A stretch of 37,834 bases of DNA. Origin: a bacterium. GTDB lineage: Bacteria; Bacteroidota; Ignavibacteria; Kapaibacteriales; UBA961. The translations under genes were made by a program, and so were the position numbers. The stretch covers positions 1-37,834 of the forward strand of contig JBJTFZ010000180.1 of the NCBI GenBank assembly GCA_046093685.1, read 5' to 3'. The notes under the pieces are model-generated. The model was not told the DNA's origin and did not search any database. It worked only from the letters and a program-made list of their open reading frames with translations. The number at the start of each line of letters is the position of its first letter. Position 1 is the first letter of the stretch. Shown piece by piece: positions 1 to 8,049 of this stretch.

Positions 1-1776
1 ATAATCAAGCGACTTTTCCGGAGAAAGAGGTGTAAATAAGGTTGTCGCTTGTGTCACTTGCGGAGTTTCTTTTCCGGATGCATATTCGATTGTCAACAAT
101 GAATTGATATTCGCTTTTTTAATTTGTTGCTTAATATTCCCCGGCCAATATACATTTATCTCTTTGATGGAAACTGCAGAACCCAATCCGATATGCAGAA
201 CCGGCTCTGTGCATGACAAGAATCCTCTATTCACATGCATTTCCTTGAAGTGGTGTTCCTCTTTTCCCTTTGCATTTTTTGTGATGACGTGAATTTTTGT
301 TCCAAGTCCTTTCGTGTTTTTTCCCGGCCCATTCAATGCAATCTTGATAAATGAGCCTTTCTTTTGCTCACTGGAATAATTCCGATACACCGCCATGGTG
401 GAGTCGATATTATTAAGCACTACATCAAGATCTCCGTCATTGTCTAGATCCGCATAGATCGCTCCATTTGTGCTTAGTTTTTCCGAGAAACCCCATGTAT
501 CACTGATATCTTCAAATTGCAGATTCCCCGTATTGCGAAACATATAATTCCGAAGTCGAGTCTTTGCCATTCCATTCAGCAGCCACATGAATTTATCCGT
601 CTTCTTCTTTACGGCATAGCTTGCCACATCCATGTCAATCGCATCGCGATTGATTCCATTCACGATGCATATATCCTGAAATCCATCATTATCCAAATCA
701 GCAATCCATGATGACCAGCTCCAATCAGTTTCGGCGACACCCGCGAGATATCCGATATCACAAAAGTTCAAATCGCCACAATTCAGTTGTAGCACATTTC
801 GAATCATGGAAGTGGAATCGAAGTATGGACTAAATACTTTTGGGGTGGTCATTTGTGTCATGCGGCGTTCATGATCATGTGGCATCATGTCAACGGAAAG
901 GATATCCATCCAGCCATCATTATTGATATCGGCAATATCGGAACCCATCGAAAAATGAGATGTATGGCGAAGTTTAGATGGAGCGATATCAGTGAATGTC
1001 CCGTTTTTATTATTGACATAAAGCAAATCTCTTGCTTCAAAATCATTTGCTACAAAGATGTCGGTCCAACCATCATTGTTCACATCACCAAGTGAAACGC
1101 TCAATGCATATCGATCATCTTCAATTCCTGCCTGTTTGGACACATCTATGAATGTACCTGCATCATTCCGAAAAAGTTTGTCGGAGTATCCATCAATTTG
1201 AGCATACCCCCCGGCAGTGAATCCATTTTGAGCGATATAGCAATCAAGATCATTGTCATGATCATAATCAAAAAACACAGCTTGCACCGATTTTCCTTCA
1301 AATGCCAAACCGAATTCTTTTGCTTTCTCCGTGAATTTCCCTGTTCCGTCATTGATATAGAGATGATTCGGCTCATTGAATCTGCATACATATAAATCCA
1401 GGTCATTGTCGCCATCGATGTCTATGAATGAAGGGGTAAAACAGATGGCTGCAGTATCCGGAAAGCCTGCTGACTTTGACACATTTTCGAATTTCCAGTT
1501 TCCTTTATTGAGATAGAGTGCATTCGGCACTTGCATTCCCGTAAAAAACAGGTCGGATAATCCATCACCATTCACATCACCTACTGCAACTCCCCCACCT
1601 AAGTACACAAAGAACTGTCTGGCATAGTTGAACTCTTCTGTTTCAACCAGTCTATTGAAAAATGTGATTCCTGTTGAGTCAGGCGATTGAAGTCGAAACA
1701 ACTTCGAACTTGAATCAGCCCACAATAAACATGGGAAAAGCAGAAGCAATGATATGTAGAGGCGTATTGTATGCAT
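1..1776 (-). CDS. Secreted FG-GAP/VCBS-repeat protein with ASPIC/UnbV-like domain (CRTAC1-like family); 3'-partial, continues beyond the left window edge
   Basis: Absent from the supplied ORF track because no stop codon lies inside the window. My translation of the minus strand from the ATG (A at 1776) is open for all 592 codons down to position 1. It starts with a signal peptide (MHTIRLYISLLLLFPCLLWADSS). Repeated Ca-binding FG-GAP/VCBS loops follow (GDVNGDGLSDLFF, IDIDGDNDLDLYV, FDYDHDNDLDCYI, GDVNNDGWTDIFV, ADINNDGWMDILS, ADLDNDGFQDICI, ADLDNDGDLDVVL). An UnbV/ASPIC-like segment comes last (GLGTKIHVITK...NRGFLSCTEPVLHIGLG...INVYWPGN). The short ORFs listed at 104-1415 are noise inside this gene. 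Confidence 0.85.
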   Translation of the reverse strand, partial: MHTIRLYISLLLLFPCLLWADSSSKLFRLQSPDSTGITFFNRLVETEEFNYARQFFVYLGGGVAVGDVNGDGLSDLFFTGMQVPNALYLNKGNWKFENVSKSAGFPDTAAICFTPSFIDIDGDNDLDLYVCRFNEPNHLYINDGTGKFTEKAKEFGLAFEGKSVQAVFFDYDHDNDLDCYIAQNGFTAGGYAQIDGYSDKLFRNDAGTFIDVSKQAGIEDDRYALSVSLGDVNNDGWTDIFVANDFEARDLLYVNNKNGTFTDIAPSKLRHTSHFSMGSDIADINNDGWMDILSVDMMPHDHERRMTQMTTPKVFSPYFDSTSMIRNVLQLNCGDLNFCDIGYLAGVAETDWSWSSWIADLDNDGFQDICIVNGINRDAIDMDVASYAVKKKTDKFMWLLNGMAKTRLRNYMFRNTGNLQFEDISDTWGFSEKLSTNGAIYADLDNDGDLDVVLNNIDSTMAVYRNYSSEQKKGSFIKIALNGPGKNTKGLGTKIHVITKNAKGKEEHHFKEMHVNRGFLSCTEPVLHIGLGSAVSIKEINVYWPGNIKQQIKKANINSLLTIEYASGKETPQVTQATTLFTPLSPEKSLDY

Positions 1777-1893
1777 GATAAATGAGTATGTGCATGTTTC
1801 AGTTTGGCTTAGCACGAGTGCAAATCTGTTGATTTTCAAGGAATTTCCCATTTCATTTCAAGATTCGACACCGATAAGATAGTGCAGACTTGG

Positions 1894-1901
1894 TATATTT
1901 G
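1894..1901 (+). promoter_or_regulatory. Candidate Bacteroidota-type -7 promoter box (TATATTTG, matches TAnnTTTG) upstream of the Fe-S oxidoreductase gene
   Basis: Exact TAnnTTTG match 50 nt upstream of the ATG at 1952, in the 175-nt divergent intergenic region. No clear TTTG -33 element seen. Confidence 0.35.
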
Positions 1902-1951
1902 TCATGCCTTCAGGCACTTAAATACCAACAATTATTCTCGAATGTGCGTTC

Positions 1952-4072
1952 ATGGAAACTAAAAGTACTCTCTTCCTTATGATTTTGTCAATTGCCGGTG
2001 GAGTATTCGCAAGAAATGCAGGCAAACTTGTCCGCTACCTTTCTTTTGGAAAACCTGAAGACAGGCTTATGTCTCTTCCTGAAAGAATTAAGCAAACATT
2101 GCTTGTTGGTTTTGCTCAAACCAAAATTCTTCGTGACAAAGTGGCCGGTCCAATTCATGCAGGAATTTTTTGGGGTTTCCTCATTCTTCTTTTCTCTGCT
2201 GCAGAGGGCGTCCTTGAAGGATTGAATCCGGCTTGGTCATTCAATTTCCTTGGTCCGATATATTCCGGAATAACAGTACTCACCGATATTTTTTGTTTGA
2301 TGATCATATTGGGTACCGCACTCTCACTGTGGAGGCGATATGTCACCAAAGTGAAGCGTTTGCAAGTGGAACATGAGAAAGTGGAAGCGGGAATGATTCT
2401 TCTCACGATTTTCTCAATCGTTACTTCATTGCTTTTGCAAAACACAGCTCGAGTTGCCATGGGCGAGGATTTTTCTTGGGCGGTACGCCCCGTAGCGAGT
2501 TCACTCGCCGCGATCCTTCCGCTAGGACATCTAAGTTTCGAGATTTTTTGGTGGATGCACATGATTCTCATTTTTTCATTCACGAATTATCTTCCATTCA
2601 GTAAGCATTTGCATGTTTTGACTTCAATCCCGAATGTCTTTTTCAGCAATCTGGGACCTGTTAATCGATTGGAGAAAATTGATTTCGAGAATGAGTCATT
2701 GGTGAAATATGGCGTTACAGATATCGAGGACTTTTCATGGAAGACATTTCTCGATAGTTATACTTGCACCCATTGTGGTCGTTGCACAAGTGTATGTCCG
2801 GCCAATCAAACAGGTAAAGTGTTGGATCCCCGCATGGTGATCATCGGGATTCACGATCGCGTGATTGAAAAGGCGCCTTTGATCGACAAAATCACTGACT
2901 ATAATAAAAATGCTTCTCGCGGAGATGTACGCACTGCCGTGGACGGGATTTTGTCCGGCAAGCAATCGAGTGAATTCGATGCCAAGGAGCGCGAACTCTT
3001 CACGATACTCCTCAATGAAGAAGAACAGACGATTTGGAACAAAAAGCTCATTGGTGATTATGTCAATCCCGATGCACTTTGGGCATGTACCACATGCGGA
3101 GCATGCATGGAAGAATGCCCCGTCAATATCGAGCATGTACCTGCAATCGTGGGTATGCGTCGTTCGATGGTGATGATGGAATCTTCATTCAATGAAGAGA
3201 GTGCTTTGCTTCCGGACATTTATGGGAACATGGAAACAAATTCAGTTCCTTGGGGTGGTTTCAGCGAACAAGACAGAGCTTTGTGGACCGAAGGAATGAA
3301 TATCAAAACAGTTGCCGAAGATCCCGAAATGGATGTATTATTCTGGGTTGGTTGCGCAGGGAATTTTGATGATAGAGCAAAAAAAACTACAAAAGCATTC
3401 GCCGAACTCATGCAATTGTCAAATATCAATTTCCGCATACTCGGTACCGAAGAACGATGCACGGGAGATCCGGCACGCAGATCCGGTAATGAGTATTTGG
3501 CAACGATGCTCACAACAATGAATGTTGAAACAATGAATGCGTATAATGTAAAGACAATCGTCACGACATGTCCGCATTGCTTCAATACATTGAAAAACGA
3601 TTATCCGCAATTTGGCGGCAACTATGAAGTGATGCATCATACGCAGTATATCAAGGATCTGATTGATTCCGGCAGACTTTCCATTGATGCAGACAAAGCC
3701 TCACTCAGCAAGAATGCCATTGCATATCATGATTCATGTTATCTCGGACGATACAATGAAGAATATGAAGCACCTCGCGCGCTTCTGGAAAATGTCCCCG
3801 GACTTTCCGTGCTGGAACCCGAGCGAGCAAAAGATCGCGGATTTTGTTGTGGTGCCGGTGGTGGAAGAATGTTCATGGAAGAAACCGTTGGTGATCGAGT
3901 GAATATTACCCGAACCAATGAATTACTTGAAACAGGAGCCTCGACCATTGCCGTGAATTGTCCATTCTGCTCGACAATGATTACCGACGGTGTAAAAGCC
4001 TCCGACAAAATAGATCAGGTGCAAGTAAAAGATATCTCAGAGATCCTTCTTGAATCAGTCAAAAGACATTGA
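1952..4072 (+). CDS. Membrane-anchored Fe-S oxidoreductase: NarI/DsrM-like polytopic membrane domain fused to an HdrD/DsrK/GlpC-like domain with two ferredoxin-type Cys motifs and two CCG domains
   Basis: 706-aa ORF. The N-terminal ~230 aa hold 5-6 hydrophobic helices with conserved His (IHAGIFWGF, WWMHMILIF, SKHLHVL). There are two ferredoxin-type motifs (CTHCGRCTSVCP, CTTCGACMEECP). There are two Cys-rich CCG-type modules (VGCAGNF...TCPHCFNTL and DSCYLGRY...FCCGAGGG...NCPFCSTM). Confidence 0.85.
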   Translation: METKSTLFLMILSIAGGVFARNAGKLVRYLSFGKPEDRLMSLPERIKQTLLVGFAQTKILRDKVAGPIHAGIFWGFLILLFSAAEGVLEGLNPAWSFNFLGPIYSGITVLTDIFCLMIILGTALSLWRRYVTKVKRLQVEHEKVEAGMILLTIFSIVTSLLLQNTARVAMGEDFSWAVRPVASSLAAILPLGHLSFEIFWWMHMILIFSFTNYLPFSKHLHVLTSIPNVFFSNLGPVNRLEKIDFENESLVKYGVTDIEDFSWKTFLDSYTCTHCGRCTSVCPANQTGKVLDPRMVIIGIHDRVIEKAPLIDKITDYNKNASRGDVRTAVDGILSGKQSSEFDAKERELFTILLNEEEQTIWNKKLIGDYVNPDALWACTTCGACMEECPVNIEHVPAIVGMRRSMVMMESSFNEESALLPDIYGNMETNSVPWGGFSEQDRALWTEGMNIKTVAEDPEMDVLFWVGCAGNFDDRAKKTTKAFAELMQLSNINFRILGTEERCTGDPARRSGNEYLATMLTTMNVETMNAYNVKTIVTTCPHCFNTLKNDYPQFGGNYEVMHHTQYIKDLIDSGRLSIDADKASLSKNAIAYHDSCYLGRYNEEYEAPRALLENVPGLSVLEPERAKDRGFCCGAGGGRMFMEETVGDRVNITRTNELLETGASTIAVNCPFCSTMITDGVKASDKIDQVQVKDISEILLESVKRH

Positions 4073-4076
4073 CACT

Positions 4077-4805
4077 ATGCACGGTAATGAACAAGCATTT
4101 GATGAAATAGTGCATCACAGGCGATCGAACAGAGCATTCGATCCCGCCATTGAAATACCGGATGCAGTGATTGAACAAGCCCTGCAACATGCGATACTTT
4201 CTCCCAATAGCAGCAATATGCAATTATGGGAATTTCACTGGATTCACTCCAAGGAAATGCTGAATGCTTTTGTTCCATTATGTTTGGACCAAAAGGCGGC
4301 AAGTACCGCGAAACATCTTGTGGTATTCATAACAAGACAAGATTTATGGAAGTCAAGATCGAAGTGGAATATCGCACAGATACAAACAACCATTCAGGGC
4401 GAAGTAACTGCAATACAAAAAGCAGGATTGAACTATTATGGCAAACTCATGCCATTCATGTATATGCGTGATCCTTTTGGATTGATGGGCATGATTCGCA
4501 AAACAATAAGTTTTGCAATGGGACTGAAAGGTCCGTTTTTTAGAGCAGGTGGGGCTGCTCAACAACGCATCACTGTACACAAATCATGCGCTCTTGCGGC
4601 TCAAACTTTCATGCTCTCCATTGCTTCGGCCGGATATCATACCTGCCCAATGGAGGGGTTTGATGAATCACGCGTGAAAAAGATGCTCAAATTGCCAAGA
4701 AGATCCGAAATAAATATGATCATCGCCATAGGTCAAGGAACCGAAAAAGGTGTTTGGGGTCCGAGATTCAGGGTTCCCTATGATGAAGTGGTGAGGAAGC
4801 AGTAA
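4077..4805 (+). CDS. Nitroreductase-family flavoprotein
   Basis: ORF track 4050-4805 starts at a TTG that overlaps the upstream gene. The ATG at 4077 lies 4 nt after the upstream TGA and gives MHGNEQAFDEIVHHRRSNRAFD. RRSxRxF is the typical nitroreductase N-terminal motif, and LSPNSSNMQLWEF and HTCPMEGFDE are also family-like. Confidence 0.8.
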   Translation: MHGNEQAFDEIVHHRRSNRAFDPAIEIPDAVIEQALQHAILSPNSSNMQLWEFHWIHSKEMLNAFVPLCLDQKAASTAKHLVVFITRQDLWKSRSKWNIAQIQTTIQGEVTAIQKAGLNYYGKLMPFMYMRDPFGLMGMIRKTISFAMGLKGPFFRAGGAAQQRITVHKSCALAAQTFMLSIASAGYHTCPMEGFDESRVKKMLKLPRRSEINMIIAIGQGTEKGVWGPRFRVPYDEVVRKQ

Positions 4806-4808
4806 ATC

Positions 4809-5930
4809 TCACCCAAAAGGCGCAATGAACAATTCATATTCCGTGTTCATTGGCAATGCCCCAAGTAATTTTTCCCCTTCCGTGGTCGTGATGAATGTTT
4901 GAGCGCCTGAGTCCAGAACTTGTTGCAATACTCTTGCGGTTCTTTCTCCATCGAGTTCGCTGAAAATATCATCAAAGAGTAAAACCGGAGTTTCACTGCG
5001 AACATCTCTCAAATAGGTAAACTCCGCCCACTTGATGCTGATGAGTAAAGATTTATGTTGTCCTTGCGATGCTGTTTCTCTTGCCCTTCCCCCATTGATT
5101 GAAATCTCCAAATCATCTTTCTGCGGACCAAACAATGTTGTCGCCCTACGAATTTCATCCTCTTTCAATGAATGATATGCCATCATATATGCTTCGCTGA
5201 AATCTTCTTTTGTGGACAATTCATTTCCACGAGCGCTATCCGGAACATAGGTAATGCCAACATGCTCATTTTTTCTTGCCATTGTCTCATAAGCCGACAT
5301 AAAATGTGGCGTGAAATCTCTAATGAATTGAGCGCGCAAAGACGCAAGCATTGAGCCGGCTTCAATCATAGATGCAGTCAATACTTCAAGCAAAGCATCA
5401 TCAGGACGAACACCTTGCATTCTTGCCTTTTGCAAAAGAGCATTTCTTTGTTTCAGCACTCTTCGCAATGTGATTGCAGAATCTACATATACATGTTTGG
5501 CTTGTGATAGCAATGCATCCATGAATCGTCTTCTATCGTCCGGAGAGCCAAATGTGATTTCCTTGAAATCAGGTGAAAGAACAATCAAGGGAAGTTCACC
5601 GAGAATGTCTTTTGGGTTCATGCGATCGCCGATGCTGGTATTGATCAATTTTCTTTGACCATCAACATAGCGGACTCCGACTTTATACGGAACTCCCAAA
5701 TCAGAAGAGGCAATGAGTGATACGGTATATGCATCCTTCCCTCGCTGAATGAGATCCGAATCGGTGCCGGGCAAAAATGATTTTGAAAGTCCACAAATGG
5801 AGATTGCTTCAAGAACGGTGGTTTTCCCTGCCCCATTGAGTCCGCTGATGATATTGAGTCCAGGAGAGCATATCAATGAAGTATGCTCATGATTCCTGAG
5901 TTGTTCTATGATGATGGAGCGAATGTACAT
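4809..5930 (-). CDS. recF: DNA replication and repair protein RecF
   Basis: Walker A GLNGAGKTTVLEAI and Walker B-like VLLFDDIFSELD are present. The N-terminus MYIRSIIIEQLRNHE resembles canonical RecF starts, so I use the ATG at 5930. The TTG at 5957 given in the track adds a non-conserved MHHHLHIRI extension. Confidence 0.9.
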   Translation of the reverse strand: MYIRSIIIEQLRNHEHTSLICSPGLNIISGLNGAGKTTVLEAISICGLSKSFLPGTDSDLIQRGKDAYTVSLIASSDLGVPYKVGVRYVDGQRKLINTSIGDRMNPKDILGELPLIVLSPDFKEITFGSPDDRRRFMDALLSQAKHVYVDSAITLRRVLKQRNALLQKARMQGVRPDDALLEVLTASMIEAGSMLASLRAQFIRDFTPHFMSAYETMARKNEHVGITYVPDSARGNELSTKEDFSEAYMMAYHSLKEDEIRRATTLFGPQKDDLEISINGGRARETASQGQHKSLLISIKWAEFTYLRDVRSETPVLLFDDIFSELDGERTARVLQQVLDSGAQTFITTTEGEKLLGALPMNTEYELFIAPFG

Positions 5931-5990
5931 GATTCTGATATGCAAATGATGATGCAAAATACGGACTTGCTCAGGCCAAAGGAAATTTCT

Positions 5991-6038
5991 TTACCTGTTC
6001 TTCGTCATTGACCCTGTTTATGAACAAAAAACAGGTAA
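5991..6038. promoter_or_regulatory. Perfect 9-bp inverted repeat (TTACCTGTT-N30-AACAGGTAA) with a nested alternative arm, in the recF/clpB divergent intergenic region; function unknown
   Basis: TTACCTGTT at 5991-5999 pairs with AACAGGTAA at 6030-6038. A second left arm, CCTGTTT at 6013-6019, can pair with AAACAGG at 6029-6035 (9-nt loop). The element lies 31 nt upstream of the clpB ATG and upstream of a GAGGTG Shine-Dalgarno-like site at 6058-6063. Confidence 0.3.
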
Positions 6039-6068
6039 GAATATGACACAGTGTAATGAGGTGCAACA

Positions 6069-7379
6069 ATGAATGTTCAAAAATTCACCTTGAAATCGCA
6101 GGAAGCATTGCAAACAGCACAGGAAATCGCTCATGGATATGGAAATCAGTCCATAGAGCCGATACACCTTCTTGCAGCAATGATTCAGGATTCAGCCGGA
6201 ATAGTACCACCGATGCTTCAGAAAGTCGGTGCAAATATCAATTATCTAAAAATCAAACTCAATGAGAGCATGGGCTCATTGCCAAAAGTATCGGGTTCAA
6301 CAGGCAATTATGTTTCTCAGGATTTGAATGCCGTGCTTGAATTCGCATTGCAGGAAGCAAAATCCATGAATGATGAATATGCAAGCGTTGAGCATCTTCT
6401 CATTGCATGCTCTGAAGTGAAGTCATCTGCTTCGCAATTGCTCAAAGATCAAGGCATCAACAAAGAAACCATAAAGAAAATTCTTGTTGAAACTCGTGGC
6501 ACGCAAAGAGTCACTGATCAAAACCCAGAAGACAAATATCAAGCGCTTCAAAGATATGGTCGCATACTGAATGATGAAGCTCGCAAAGGGAAAATCGATC
6601 CCGTGATTGGTAGAGAAGATGAAATACGAAGAATTCTTCAGGTTCTCTCTCGAAGAACAAAAAACAATCCCGTTATCATCGGCGAACCCGGAGTTGGAAA
6701 AACAGCCATTGTTGAAGGCATTGCTCAAAGAATCATCAGCGGAGATGTGCCGGACACCCTTCGATCCAAAACCATTGTCGCGCTTGATCTCGGCGCACTA
6801 GTGGCCGGTACAAGCTTTCGTGGACAATTTGAAGAGCGCTTGAAGGCTATCGTTCAGCAGGTCACCGATTCCGATGGAGAAATAATTCTATTCATCGATG
6901 AACTGCACACTCTCATCGGGGCAGGTGCAACAGGAGGATCAATGGATGCAGCAAATATCTTAAAGCCGGCATTGGCAAGAGGAGATTTGCGATGCATCGG
7001 TGCAACCACATTGGACGAATATCAAAAGTACATTGAAAAAGATCCTGCACTTGAGCGCCGTTTTCAAAAAGTTCTCGTTGAAGAACCCAGCATAGACGAT
7101 ACCATCTCGATATTGCGTGGTTTGAAGGAGCGCTATGAAGTGCATCATGGAGTTCGGATCACAGACCCCGCAATCGTCGCTGCTGCGCAATTGTCATCAC
7201 GATATATCACCGACCGATTTCTTCCCGACAAAGCAATCGATCTGGTGGATGAAGCGGCGAGTAAACTCAGAATTGAAATTGATTCGATGCCTGAAGAATT
7301 GGATAATCTTGAAAGAAAAATCAGGCAGCTTGAAATCGAAAAACAGGCATTGCTGAGAGAATTGGAATCGCAGAAGTGA
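6069..7379 (+). CDS. clpB: ClpB-type AAA+ chaperone, N-terminal fragment only (N-domain + NBD1 + first part of the M-domain); truncated relative to the family, possible pseudogene
   Basis: Clp N-domain ([39 protein letters not shown]). Walker [19 protein letters not shown] and Walker [44 protein letters not shown]. Onset of the M-domain coiled coil ([33 protein letters not shown]), then TGA at 7377-7379. No NBD2 is present in any downstream frame. Confidence 0.85.
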   Translation: MNVQKFTLKSQEALQTAQEIAHGYGNQSIEPIHLLAAMIQDSAGIVPPMLQKVGANINYLKIKLNESMGSLPKVSGSTGNYVSQDLNAVLEFALQEAKSMNDEYASVEHLLIACSEVKSSASQLLKDQGINKETIKKILVETRGTQRVTDQNPEDKYQALQRYGRILNDEARKGKIDPVIGREDEIRRILQVLSRRTKNNPVIIGEPGVGKTAIVEGIAQRIISGDVPDTLRSKTIVALDLGALVAGTSFRGQFEERLKAIVQQVTDSDGEIILFIDELHTLIGAGATGGSMDAANILKPALARGDLRCIGATTLDEYQKYIEKDPALERRFQKVLVEEPSIDDTISILRGLKERYEVHHGVRITDPAIVAAAQLSSRYITDRFLPDKAIDLVDEAASKLRIEIDSMPEELDNLERKIRQLEIEKQALLRELESQK

Positions 7380-7392
7380 CGCCAAGGTGATG

Positions 7393-8049
7393 TCATGGAT
7401 TTAAACGATGTTTGGTCCAGGCATCACCATGCTTTTCATAAACGATGCGGTCATGCAATCGACCGATTCTTCCCTGCCAAAATTCAATGATGGTGGGCGA
7501 TACGGCATATCCACCCCAAAATTCGGGCATGGGAATTTTCTCGATATGTTCAAATCGTTGTTCCATGTCTTTGAAACGCTGTTCAAGTTCCACGCGAGAA
7601 GCGATGGGCTTGCTTTGTTCGGATGCCCAAGCACCCAATTGACTTTCTCTTGGGCGAGTGGCAAAATACGCCTCACTGTCGGCTTTGGAAATGTTTTGGG
7701 CAATACCCTCGATTCGTATTTGCCTTTCTGCTTCCAGCCATAAAAACACGAGGGAAACATGAGGATTTTGCTGAATTTCTTGAGCCTTCCTACTTTGGTG
7801 ATTGGTGAAGAACACAAAAGATCCATTCTCCAAACCTTTGAGAAGCACTGCTCTGGAGGATGGTTTGCCTGATGCGGAAACAGTTCCGAGAATCATTGCA
7901 TTTGGTTCTGATATACCCATTGGACCGGCCTCGGAAAACCATTGAGCAAATAATTGAATGGGATCATCCGGAACCGAATGTTCAATCAAATCTCCACGCT
8001 TATATTCTTTTCGAAGAGAAGAAATATCATCAAGAGGGATCATGGTCAT
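7393..8049 (-). CDS. pdxH: Pyridoxamine 5'-phosphate oxidase
   Basis: 218 aa with PdxH motifs: RAVLLKG...FVFFTNHQSRKAQEI, RQIRIEG, RPRESQLGAWASEQS, FWQGRIGRLHDRIVY, and a C-terminal RLNP. The start ATG overlaps the stop of the upstream SBP gene (ATGA at 8046-8049). Confidence 0.9.
   Translation of the reverse strand: MTMIPLDDISSLRKEYKRGDLIEHSVPDDPIQLFAQWFSEAGPMGISEPNAMILGTVSASGKPSSRAVLLKGLENGSFVFFTNHQSRKAQEIQQNPHVSLVFLWLEAERQIRIEGIAQNISKADSEAYFATRPRESQLGAWASEQSKPIASRVELEQRFKDMEQRFEHIEKIPMPEFWGGYAVSPTIIEFWQGRIGRLHDRIVYEKHGDAWTKHRLNP

Noticed and set aside
104-1415. Cluster of short ORFs (62-89 aa) on both strands in the first 1.5 kb, which could look like a set of small novel genes
   Set aside because: All of them lie inside, mostly antisense to, the uninterrupted 592-codon minus-strand FG-GAP/VCBS gene that the track omitted because it lacks a stop within the window.
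1809-1821. TTAGCACGAGTGC, which resembles the two arms of the CIRCE heat-shock operator (TTAGCACTC-N9-GAGTGCTAA)
   Set aside because: The arms are directly abutted with no 9-nt spacer and both are incomplete. The flanking genes are not chaperone genes.
5931-5957. His-rich N-terminal extension MHHHLHIRI on the recF ORF in the track, superficially like a His-tag or engineered sequence
   Set aside because: It depends on a TTG start, is only three consecutive His, and is not part of the RecF family. The ATG at 5930 gives a canonical RecF N-terminus (MYIRSIIIEQLRNHE). The region also contains the GTATTTTGCA promoter-like 10-mer.
7401-7826. Alternative-frame ORFs overlapping pdxH (141 aa on minus, 111 aa on plus), checked as possible remnants of the missing clpB 3' half
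   Set aside because: Neither translation shows any ClpB M-domain or NBD2 motif (no second Walker A/B). The pdxH frame is the one with family motifs along its full length.
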